DNA from: an uncultured virus (IMG/VR IMGVR_UViG_3300029705_005139)
Lineage: Duplodnaviria > Heunggongvirae > Uroviricota > Caudoviricetes
Direction: 5' to 3' (one strand)
DNA: 37,417 nt
Virus record (IMG/VR): IMGVR_UViG_3300029705_005139
A model generated the notes under the pieces. That model made no database searches and had not been told where the DNA came from. It saw nothing but the letters and a program-made list of their open reading frames with translations. The translations under genes and the position numbers were made by a program. Shown in pieces: positions 10,201 through 18,905 of the stretch (position 1 is its first letter; each line of letters opens with the position of its first letter).

Positions 10201-10763
10201 TGCCTATCTGCGATGACGAATATTTCAAGGATGATGCTGTCGGTCTGTTCGTCAAGTTTGTGGAGCGGGTTTATGGCGAGGACACTCTGGAAGCGAACCT
10301 CCGCTTTATTGCGGATGCTCTGGGTGGCAAGGGCGCACCCCGTGATGTGATCCGCAGCTATTTCCTCAACGACTTCTATGCGGACCATCTGAAGATTTAC
10401 CAGAAGCGCCCCATTTACTGGCTATTTGATTCCGGCAAGAAGAACGGTTTCAAGGCACTGGTGTATATGCACCGCTACAGAGAAGACACCATCGCTCGTA
10501 TGCGTACAGACTATGTGCATGAACAGCAGGCTCGTTACCGCACCGCCATTGCCGATTTGGAGCAGCGCATTGCAGCCGCATCCACCAGTGAGCGTGTGAA
10601 GTTGAGCAAACGGCTCAAGACCTTGCAGGAGCAGGCAGCAGAAATCCAAGGCTACGAAGAAAAAATCCATCACCTGGCCGACCAGTACATTGCAATTGAT
10701 CTGGATGATGGTGTCAAGAAAAACTACGAGATTTTCAAGGATGTCCTTGCAAAAATCAAGTAA
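7245..10763 (+). CDS. pglX: BREX-1 adenine DNA methyltransferase PglX
   Basis: [32 protein letters not shown], motif I DPCCGSGH, motif IV NPPY, C-terminal YQKRPIYW and [11 protein letters not shown]. Confidence 0.96.
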   Translation: [1172 protein letters not shown]

Positions 10764-10775
10764 GGAGACAAATGT

Positions 10776-11720
10776 ATGTACAATGTATTCGAAGCAGCAA
10801 AAGAAACAGTAGCTCCTGATGAGCCCAATGTATTTGCAGATTTTCTGCTGAAATCAGGGCTTTATGACAGGATTGAAGTAAATCAAGAAAATATTCAGCA
10901 ATTAATCAATCTTCTAGCAGGAAGAGTGCGAATTGAATCATATTGTACTACTTGTCAGGAAATGCGCGTATTTTCACTGGAAACAATAAAAGTTTGGCGA
11001 TCTTCACCCAAGGGAATGGTTGAAGACACATTGGCCGACCAATTAGTGCGGTTTCAGACTCGCGTTAAAATTTCCAAAACACCGGCACCTGGACAAGCTC
11101 CACTGAATGAACCGTGGGTTTGGAATGATGCATCGATACAAAGTCATATGCGTGTTTTACCCCTGAGTTTCTGCTGTAGCATGAACGAATGCCACAAACT
11201 GGACATCATCATTGCTACAGATGGAAATGAATTGGTAAAAATCAGTCAGCATCCGTCCGTCGCTGATATTGCCTTTCCCGAACTGAAGCAATATCGCAAA
11301 GTGTTGTCAAAGGGAGATATGGGTGAGATGCGAAGGGCTATTGGCCTTCATGCGCAGGGCATAGGTGTTGGTTCGTATGTGTATCTGCGAAGAATTCTTG
11401 AAAGAGTCATTGATCAGGCAAAGGATATGGCAATTGCAGACTCGGCTATTACCGAGGCTGAGTATGTCCCTAAGAAAATGGCCGAGCGTATAAAAATGCT
11501 CAAAGACTATTTGCCTGATATTTTGGTGAACAATCCAACGGTTTATGGCATTATAAGCAAAGGAATCCATGAACTGTCGGAGGAGGATTGTATTGAATAT
11601 TTCCCGATTGTAAAAGAATGCATTTTTATGGTTCTTGAAAAGTGGGAACAGGCGCGAAAAAAAGCAGAATCTGAGAAACAACTAGGTGCTGCTCTTTCGC
11701 GGATTGCATCAAAAATCTAG
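10776..11720 (+). CDS. Accessory protein between pglX and pglZ; Cys pairs plus DUF4145/HEPN-like C-terminus
   Basis: AAGGAG RBS. YCTTC and CCSMNECH. C-terminal GVGSYVYLRRILE...YGIISKGIHELSE resembles DUF4145-type HEPN (inference). Confidence 0.6.
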   Translation: MYNVFEAAKETVAPDEPNVFADFLLKSGLYDRIEVNQENIQQLINLLAGRVRIESYCTTCQEMRVFSLETIKVWRSSPKGMVEDTLADQLVRFQTRVKISKTPAPGQAPLNEPWVWNDASIQSHMRVLPLSFCCSMNECHKLDIIIATDGNELVKISQHPSVADIAFPELKQYRKVLSKGDMGEMRRAIGLHAQGIGVGSYVYLRRILERVIDQAKDMAIADSAITEAEYVPKKMAERIKMLKDYLPDILVNNPTVYGIISKGIHELSEEDCIEYFPIVKECIFMVLEKWEQARKKAESEKQLGAALSRIASKI

Positions 11721-11736
11721 GAATTGAGGTGCTGTT

Positions 11737-14349
11737 GTGCCTAGTATGGATTTACAAAAGATTATACACGATTTGAATCGACGCTTTGCTGCACCGTTGC
11801 CTGATTTCTTTACCCGTCGAATCATCTTCTGGTATGACGAAGACAGGGAATTTGAGGACAAAGTGGAAAGCCTGGTTCTGGAAAATGCCAAGGTGCTTTT
11901 ACTAACTGGCAATAACACCTTTGCCGCAAAGAAAATCCTGGCAGCGGATGACACCTCCAGTAACTATTTGGTGTATTCGCCCCTTCGCTACGAAAGGCCG
12001 GAGGACAACTGGCTCATCAACATCGAACTGTACAGCGAGGAATTCCGGGCAGATCTCAATTCTATCTGGATGGATGAAATGGGACTGCCTAATAATGCCA
12101 CCGTTCGCCGCATGGTGAAGGGCTATCGTAAGTTCTTCAACAGCATCGAGCGCCGAAAGAACGTGGCTGCCATGGCAAAAGGCATTTCCACCGCTTCTCA
12201 ATTACATCTGGCCGTGATGGCATCCCTTTGCAATCTGCAGGATGTCCAACCGGCAAACATTATCCGTGCGGTTTTAAGCCACTCCCTGGAACTGGATACC
12301 AATTCCTATTACCAGGACTTTGTGAAGTACGGTGCAAATAACGCTTTCTGGGTAATGGTGGCACAGGCTACTGGTTATTCTGAGGGTGATGACTCCGACC
12401 TGGGTCGTCTGGCAACTCATATCATGCTGACTGCCTCCACCCGCACTATGCGGCCCGAGTTCCTGGCAGGATTGGACAGCTTCATTTCTATTCCCCACCA
12501 ATCCTATTGCTACGATCTGGTTTCTGATTGGCTCCAGTCTTCGGACAACCATGGTCTGTATGAGATCGCACGGTTTGTAGAATATGAGGCACGACTGAGT
12601 ACCCGATTCATGAAGATGACAGTCGAAGATCTTGCTGATACCGAGTGTTTCCCCTGCATCAATGAGTGTATTCTGAAACTGATGATGAAAGATATCAGCA
12701 ACTACATCATCAATATCGACACCATTGCTGTCATCGTCCAGAAACGTCGCACACTCGCATGGTATGATGCTGTGTCCTGCTATTATGAAGGTCTGCTTCA
12801 GGTGGGCAACATGCAGCAGTTCTTCCATGACCATGCAACCGGATTCCATTTGGCCCAGCCACAGCTGATTTGGAAGGCCTACACCTCAGACTATTATAAG
12901 ATGGATACCTACTACCGGCAGTTCCATCTGTGCTTTGAGCGAAGCCTAACTATTTCTAATGAAACATTGGACGATCTGTTCAAACAGGTGGTAGACAAGG
13001 TGGAGGGCCTGTATAACAACTGGTTCCTCTCCGAATTGGGCAGCAACTGGTCTGATGTATGTGCAGATGAGTTGGCTCAATATGGTCGTATCCTTGAAAT
13101 TAACCAACAAGAGCGTTTCTACCTCAGTAAGCTGGCAACCCGGGATAACCGTGTCTACGTTATTATTTCCGATGCCCTCCGTTATGAGGTTGCAGTTTCT
13201 CTGACTGAACAACTCAGGAGAGAAACACAGAGCAAGGTCACTCTGGAAAGCATGCAAGCTGTGTTCCCCACTATTACCAAGTTTGGCATGGCAGCACTGC
13301 TCCCTCACTCCAAACTGAATGTCGTTACCAAGGCAAATGGCGGTGTCTCCGTACTGGCCGACGGAGCCTCCACGGAAATGCCCTATCGGGATAAGGTTCT
13401 CAAGACTGCCCACGGTGCCAGCGTAGCCCTTCAGTACAAGAACATCATCAAGCTGAAGCGTGCTGAACGGCAGGCACTCGTCAAGGGCATGGATGTTGTT
13501 TACATATACCACGATAAAATTGACGAGGCCAGCCACACCGCAGACAATTTGGTATTTCCTGCCTGTGACGATGCCATTACAGAGATTAAAAACCTCATCC
13601 GCGTCATCGTCAATGACTTTGGTGGAACACGAATTCTGATTACAGCGGACCATGGTTTCTTATATACCTACAGTCCGTTGACTGAAGATGACAAGGTAGA
13701 CAAGACCAGCTTCCAGGGTATGGATGTAGAATATGGACGTCGTTATGCAATAATGCAGCAAGGTGCAAAGCCTGACTATTTGCTGCCCGTCCGCTTCGTG
13801 GATGAAGAATCTGGACTGGATACTTTTGCCCCCAGAGAGAACGTCCGCATTAAAATGAGCGGCGGTGGTATGAACTTTGTTCATGGCGGCATCAGCCTCC
13901 AGGAGATGGTCGTTCCGGTCATCGACTATCAGTTCCTCCGAAGCACAAGCAAAACCTATCAGCGCAACCGCGAGAAGTATGACACCAAACCTGTAACAGT
14001 GAGTCTCCTGTCTGCAACCCGGAAAATCAGTAACATGATTTTCTCACTGAACTTCTTCCAAAAAGAAGCCGTTGGTGACAATCGGTCTGTATGTAACTAT
14101 CTTTTATATTTTACAGACACAACCGGGAAACAGATTAGCGATACGGCTCGCATCATTGCAGACAAGACCAGCGACAATGCCCAGGATCGGACATTCCGCT
14201 GCAGCTTCAATCTAAAGAGCTTAAAGTACAGTAACCGAGACAGCTACTATCTGATTATTGCGGACGAATCTGGTTTACAGGCACCACAGCGTGAGGAGTT
14301 CCAGATAGATATTGCCTTTGCACTGGACGAGTTCAATTTCTTCGGTTAA
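11737..14349 (+). CDS. pglZ: BREX-1 alkaline-phosphatase-fold protein PglZ
   Basis: RRIIFWYD, IISDALRYE, PTITKFGMAALLPH, ITADHGF, HGGISLQEM. GTG start after GAGGTG (ATG 11746 is an alternative). Confidence 0.95.
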   Translation: MPSMDLQKIIHDLNRRFAAPLPDFFTRRIIFWYDEDREFEDKVESLVLENAKVLLLTGNNTFAAKKILAADDTSSNYLVYSPLRYERPEDNWLINIELYSEEFRADLNSIWMDEMGLPNNATVRRMVKGYRKFFNSIERRKNVAAMAKGISTASQLHLAVMASLCNLQDVQPANIIRAVLSHSLELDTNSYYQDFVKYGANNAFWVMVAQATGYSEGDDSDLGRLATHIMLTASTRTMRPEFLAGLDSFISIPHQSYCYDLVSDWLQSSDNHGLYEIARFVEYEARLSTRFMKMTVEDLADTECFPCINECILKLMMKDISNYIINIDTIAVIVQKRRTLAWYDAVSCYYEGLLQVGNMQQFFHDHATGFHLAQPQLIWKAYTSDYYKMDTYYRQFHLCFERSLTISNETLDDLFKQVVDKVEGLYNNWFLSELGSNWSDVCADELAQYGRILEINQQERFYLSKLATRDNRVYVIISDALRYEVAVSLTEQLRRETQSKVTLESMQAVFPTITKFGMAALLPHSKLNVVTKANGGVSVLADGASTEMPYRDKVLKTAHGASVALQYKNIIKLKRAERQALVKGMDVVYIYHDKIDEASHTADNLVFPACDDAITEIKNLIRVIVNDFGGTRILITADHGFLYTYSPLTEDDKVDKTSFQGMDVEYGRRYAIMQQGAKPDYLLPVRFVDEESGLDTFAPRENVRIKMSGGGMNFVHGGISLQEMVVPVIDYQFLRSTSKTYQRNREKYDTKPVTVSLLSATRKISNMIFSLNFFQKEAVGDNRSVCNYLLYFTDTTGKQISDTARIIADKTSDNAQDRTFRCSFNLKSLKYSNRDSYYLIIADESGLQAPQREEFQIDIAFALDEFNFFG

Positions 14350-14373
14350 TCCGTTCGCACTGGAGGTATATCC

Positions 14374-16437
14374 ATGGAGCAATCCATTATGGGCGATAAT
14401 GCCCGAGAAATAATCAAATACAAACTGCGCCAAACCTTTGATGGAAAAATCGTCCGTAAGGATCTTACCAAAAAGATCAAAGAGGGTGCCAATGTTCCTG
14501 TTTATGTCTTAGAGTTCCTTCTGGGGCAATACTGTTCTTCCGATGATGACGAAATCATTGAAAAAGGCGTACAAAATGTGAAGCGCATTCTGGCGGATAA
14601 CTTTGTCCGCCCGGATGAGTCACAGAAAATTCTGGCCAAACTCCGCAGCAACGGTAGCCATACTGTCATCGATATGATTACAGTCAGCCTGGATATTCGA
14701 AAGAATCGGTTTTTTGCTTCTTTCTCCAATCTCGGTCTAGGCGATGTTCCGATTGCAGATGAGTATCCGGAACAGTATGACCGACTCCTGTGTGGCGGTA
14801 TTTGGTGTATCGTCCAACTGGAGTATGAGTATAACGAAGAAGATAAGAAAAATGGTTACCCCATATTAATCCGGAAGTTGACCCCCATTCAAATGCCCCA
14901 CGTGGACATTGATGAATTGAAGGCCGGCAGGAAAGCTTTTACAAAAGATGAATGGATTGATGTTCTTCTCCGATCCATCGGTATGGAGCCGGATGAACTA
15001 TCCTACCGTGAGAAATGGCTGCTTATCACCAGAATGATTCCCCTGGTAGAAAACAACTTCAACCTTTGCGAGTTGGGTCCCCGTAGCACTGGCAAATCAC
15101 ATCTCTATAAAGAAATTTCTCCCAACAGCATTCTGGTTTCCGGTGGTCAAACCACTGTTGCCAACCTGTTCTATAACATGGGCCGCAAGACCGTTGGCTT
15201 AGTGGGTCTCTGGGACTGCGTTGCATTTGATGAGGTTGCCGGTATCCGTTTTAAGGATAAAGACGGTGTCCAGATTATGAAGGACTACATGGCTTCCGGA
15301 TCTTTTGCCCGTGGTAAAGAAGAAAAAGCTGCCTCTGCTTCCATGGTATTCGTAGGCAATATCAACCAGAGTGTGGATGTACTATTAAAGACTTCCAGCT
15401 TGTTTGATCCATTCCCACCGGAAATGGGTACCGATACCGCATTCCTGGATCGCATGCACTGCTATCTCCCTGGTTGGGAAATTCCCAAGTTCAGACCAGA
15501 GCATTTTACCAATGATTACGGATTCATCACTGATTACCTCTCTGAGTTTATTCGTGAATTGCGGAAGGAGCAGTATGGTGATGCCCTAGATCATTATTTC
15601 CGCCTTGGCAAGAATCTGAACCAACGTGATACCATTGCCGTGCGCAGAATGGTAGACGGATATCTAAAACTGATTTATCCCGATGGCGACTTCACAAAAG
15701 ATGATGTTGAAGAAATTCTGTGTCTTGCTCTTGAGATGCGACGCCGCGTTAAGGAACAGCTGAAAAAACTAGGCGGCATGGAATTTTACGACGTTAACTT
15801 CTCGTATATTGACAACGAGAGTTTTGAGGAACGCTATGTTACTGTCCCTGAACAAGGTGGCGGCAAACTAATTCCCGAAGGCATGTGCAACCCTGGACAG
15901 GTATATACCGTATCCCGGGGTAAATCCGGCATGCTTGGCGTGTTCCGTCTGGAATCTCAAATGTTACCTGGCAACGGTAAATTTGAACGAACTGGCCTGG
16001 GCGCAGATCGAGAAGCACGCGAATCCAGCAACACTGCTTTTAATTTCTTGAAAGCCAATGGCAACAGAATCAGCGGTAACATCAGTACCACAACCAAAGA
16101 TTATATCGTCAACTATCAGGACCTTCAGGGGATCGGCATGACCGGAAAACTTGCTATGCCCACGCTGATTGCTTTAGCATCTATCGCCCTCTCCAAGCCG
16201 GTCCAGAGTTCCATGGTGGTGCTTGGTGAGATGAGCATCGGTGGTACCCTTGTCAAGGTTGATGAGCTTGCAAACGCCTTGCAAGTTTGTCTGGACAGCG
16301 GTGCAAAGAAGGTCTTATTGCCTATTACCTCTGCAGCAGATTTGGCAATGGTTCCGGCAGATTTGATTGGTTGCTTTAATCTGATATTCTATAGCACTGC
16401 CGCTGATGCAATTTTCAAAGCACTAGGTGTAGACTAA
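14374..16437 (+). CDS. brxL: BREX Lon-like AAA+ protein BrxL
   Basis: VRKDL, VPVYVLEFLLGQYC, ELGPRSTGKSH, VAFDEV, C-terminal Lon-like domain. Confidence 0.95.
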   Translation: MEQSIMGDNAREIIKYKLRQTFDGKIVRKDLTKKIKEGANVPVYVLEFLLGQYCSSDDDEIIEKGVQNVKRILADNFVRPDESQKILAKLRSNGSHTVIDMITVSLDIRKNRFFASFSNLGLGDVPIADEYPEQYDRLLCGGIWCIVQLEYEYNEEDKKNGYPILIRKLTPIQMPHVDIDELKAGRKAFTKDEWIDVLLRSIGMEPDELSYREKWLLITRMIPLVENNFNLCELGPRSTGKSHLYKEISPNSILVSGGQTTVANLFYNMGRKTVGLVGLWDCVAFDEVAGIRFKDKDGVQIMKDYMASGSFARGKEEKAASASMVFVGNINQSVDVLLKTSSLFDPFPPEMGTDTAFLDRMHCYLPGWEIPKFRPEHFTNDYGFITDYLSEFIRELRKEQYGDALDHYFRLGKNLNQRDTIAVRRMVDGYLKLIYPDGDFTKDDVEEILCLALEMRRRVKEQLKKLGGMEFYDVNFSYIDNESFEERYVTVPEQGGGKLIPEGMCNPGQVYTVSRGKSGMLGVFRLESQMLPGNGKFERTGLGADREARESSNTAFNFLKANGNRISGNISTTTKDYIVNYQDLQGIGMTGKLAMPTLIALASIALSKPVQSSMVVLGEMSIGGTLVKVDELANALQVCLDSGAKKVLLPITSAADLAMVPADLIGCFNLIFYSTAADAIFKALGVD

Positions 16438-16475
16438 GTCTGTTGGATACATTCCTGAGAAGGGGGGGCGCAGAA

Positions 16476-17192
16476 ATGGCAAAACGCAAAAGAAGAAAAA
16501 GTACAAAGTGTCCAGAACCGCTCAATACACTTATCGATATGGCGGGGGGACTTGCTATGGGAGCTGTGGCCAGCCGGATGGAACAAAAATACCACTACAG
16601 AGATAAAGGAAAAATCAATCCTTATACTGTATCCGCTGTGGGAATTGCATCTGGCCGCATGAAGCGCACTGAAGATCTTCTTCGAACCGGAGCATTTCTG
16701 GGTGCAATGGGATCATTTGATATCGATGCCGATGATGCTCCAACCCGCCCCCACATTCCAGAAGATCCAGTATTTCGCCAAATCCGTGAAGCAAAGGTCA
16801 ATGATAACCGATATGCGTGGAGACTTAATTGTGAGGATGGAAGTGCATATGGTGTGTCTCCACATGACTATGAAACGCGGGTAGCATATAATGAGGCTCT
16901 AAAAGCAGCTAAAGGTGAACACGCGGAAGTAACGGCCACATCTCCGTCAGCATCGGTTGCCGATAAAAATGACAATCGACAGTACATTTTCTGTAGGGTT
17001 TCAAGGCTGGACAATGGAGCCAACGAGTACTATCTGTCAGCCTCCAATAACGTCAAAGTCGGTGATATGGTCCAGATAGCAAGTGAAGCTGGGTCCATAA
17101 GTGGCATCATAATAGCGATTGAATTGCATACCACATTAAGTGCGCCACAGCCACCAGAAAACATGCGGTGGATTACTTTGAATCACAGATGA
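16476..17192 (+). CDS. Hypothetical protein following brxL
   Basis: G-rich RBS then ATG 16476. Same strand, 38 nt after brxL. No recognised domain. Confidence 0.65.
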   Translation: MAKRKRRKSTKCPEPLNTLIDMAGGLAMGAVASRMEQKYHYRDKGKINPYTVSAVGIASGRMKRTEDLLRTGAFLGAMGSFDIDADDAPTRPHIPEDPVFRQIREAKVNDNRYAWRLNCEDGSAYGVSPHDYETRVAYNEALKAAKGEHAEVTATSPSASVADKNDNRQYIFCRVSRLDNGANEYYLSASNNVKVGDMVQIASEAGSISGIIIAIELHTTLSAPQPPENMRWITLNHR

Positions 17193-18121
17193 TTGGATGT
17201 GGTTTTATTATGCCAAAACAGTTACCTGATACACCATGGCATTTGGGTTCTCCCAAAATGAAAGAAAGTGACCATCGTCGTCTCAATAAATGGTGCATTC
17301 ATTATGATTCATCTTTCTGCACAGAGCCTCGGTCGGGATGTTATATGCTCAGATGCGGCGGCTCCAGCCATTGTAAGTTTTATGCCGAAGATGAAAAAAC
17401 TTCTAAAAAAATTCAACGCGATAATCGAACGCAGACGGAAATTGATACTGAAAATCGGCACAAGTATGTCGAAACACTGAAACCCAAGATGGAAGCATTG
17501 GTATCTTCTTCCGATGGCAGAAGGTATATTTCTGTCCAATGCATAAATATCTGTTTTGTCTGTGGTAGCAAGTTGCTGGAATTAGGGAAACAACGTAAGC
17601 AATGTACGCTTTGTCAAATGGAATACATTGATAAAAACGTTACATCATCTAAGATCAAAAGTATTGATAATCACTTTGTCTATGTAATGGGTCTGACAAA
17701 ACCGGAAAACATCCCTGAATCACCCAGCAAGGATCGATGTCAGTTTTGCAACGAGATTGGAAAATGCTGCGATAAAGATTCACCATTGTATCAAAAGCAG
17801 TGCAAACCGAAATACTGTGATAATCTTAAAAAGCAGGCAGTTCGATTGAGGCAGCTTGAGGAAAATGCGTTTACAGGAGTCAAAAATATACCAATCAGCA
17901 AAATTATACTCCGAAATAATACGCTTCCTAGACAAAGCAAAATCGATCGAGCTGTAGAAACGATTCAGCGCAATGGTGGAATTATCAAACCCGTATATGT
18001 TGAATTGGTTAAGGATAAGTACCTTCTTAAAGATGGGTACATTCGGTATTATGCAGCCCTTCAATGCGGTTTGACCGAGATTCCTGCAACCTTCGAATAC
18101 GAGCGTGAAGGGAAGAAATAA
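17189..18121 (+). CDS. Cys-rich protein with C-terminal ParB/Srx-like domain
   Basis: ATGA overlap with upstream stop (ATG 17210 is an alternative). Several CxxC pairs. IPISKI...GIIKPVYV...LLKDGYIRYYAA...EIPA is ParB-like. Confidence 0.65.
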   Translation: MIGCGFIMPKQLPDTPWHLGSPKMKESDHRRLNKWCIHYDSSFCTEPRSGCYMLRCGGSSHCKFYAEDEKTSKKIQRDNRTQTEIDTENRHKYVETLKPKMEALVSSSDGRRYISVQCINICFVCGSKLLELGKQRKQCTLCQMEYIDKNVTSSKIKSIDNHFVYVMGLTKPENIPESPSKDRCQFCNEIGKCCDKDSPLYQKQCKPKYCDNLKKQAVRLRQLEENAFTGVKNIPISKIILRNNTLPRQSKIDRAVETIQRNGGIIKPVYVELVKDKYLLKDGYIRYYAALQCGLTEIPATFEYEREGKK

Positions 18122-18315
18122 TGTTTTGCTGGTTACGTTGCAAATTATAATTATTTCTATTGGTTAAACGCATGACAGTAAGTTAAACGCAAAGACAATA
18201 CTGAATAAAATCTTTCCGAGGAACAAAAAAATCGCTGCGCCGAGAAAAAAACATCTCGATGCAGCGATTTATAATTAAAAATTTGATATGTTTTTGCGTA
18301 TTTTCTCCCGAAAGC

Positions 18316-18355
18316 AAAAAAGTTCCACCGTAATTCTATCAAAATTACGGTGGAA
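18316..18355 (-). terminator. Terminator hairpin downstream of the tRNA 3' fragment
   Basis: 13-bp perfect IR ttccaccgtaatt / aattacggtggaa with a U-run on the minus strand, just after CCA. Confidence 0.75.
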
Positions 18356-18358
18356 ACA

Positions 18359-18403
18359 TGGTTGCGGAGGCAGGACTCGAACCTACGACCTCCGGGTTAT
18401 GAG
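18359..18403 (-). tRNA. 3' half of initiator tRNA-Met(CAT); truncated, probable att-site duplication
   Basis: Minus strand reads CTCATAA CCCGG AGGTC GTAGG TTCGAGT CCTGC CTCCGCA ACCA (anticodon loop, T-arm, acceptor, CCA). No D-arm or 5' half beyond 18403. Confidence 0.9.
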
Positions 18404-18516
18404 GCATCGATGATTTCAGCTATGTTTCTAAAACGCCGTATTTTCACGCTTTTAGGCGCATTTATTTGCTATAAAAGTTATGTTTTCCTAGACCCATGTT
18501 AACAGATTATGTTGGG

Positions 18517-18538
18517 TTGGGGTCAAATTGGGGTCAAA
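18517..18538 (+). repeat. Tandem 11-bp direct repeat TTGGGGTCAAA x2 (candidate integrase arm site)
   Basis: Perfect adjacent copies about 115 bp inside the att-like junction. Confidence 0.65.
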
Positions 18539-18596
18539 CTTTTCGGCGTTTTCCCAACTTTTTAAGACTTTTATATAAATCAACTTTTTCCATATT

Positions 18597-18905
18597 TTAC
18601 TGCTGCTCATTATGATATATCATGATTTCTTCTTTCGCTATTCTTTGCAAGAATTCATATTCCAAACTTCCCGTAGTCAACAAATCTACTTTTTTACCTA
18701 AGGCTTCCTCTAAATCTCCATGTAATGCTGCCAGTGCAATCAAACCACACAGCTTTCCTTTTTCAATACGAAGATCAATATCGCTATTAGCAGTAGCTTC
18801 TCCTCTCGCATAGGAACCAAAGAGATATATTCTGCTTGCACCATATTTTTCTGCAATTGGCATAACACAAGATCTAATTTGTTCTATTGTATATATTTTA
18901 TTCAT
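18597..18905 (-). CDS. Minimal nucleotidyltransferase (MNT/MntA-like)
   Basis: RIYLFGSYARGEATANSDIDL (GS-x10-DxD) and LGKKVDLL; 102 aa. Confidence 0.9.
   Translation of the reverse strand: MNKIYTIEQIRSCVMPIAEKYGASRIYLFGSYARGEATANSDIDLRIEKGKLCGLIALAALHGDLEEALGKKVDLLTTGSLEYEFLQRIAKEEIMIYHNEQQ

Noticed and set aside
15900..16437. BrxL Lon-like domain lacking an obvious catalytic Ser motif
   Set aside because: Degenerate protease sites are a known property of BrxL; not novel.
16462..16468. G7 tract as a phase-variable switch
   Set aside because: Short, outside the likely CDS and explained as the RBS.
18359..18440. Intact tRNA-Met gene
   Set aside because: Sequence beyond the anticodon loop cannot form the 5' anticodon stem, D-arm or acceptor strand.
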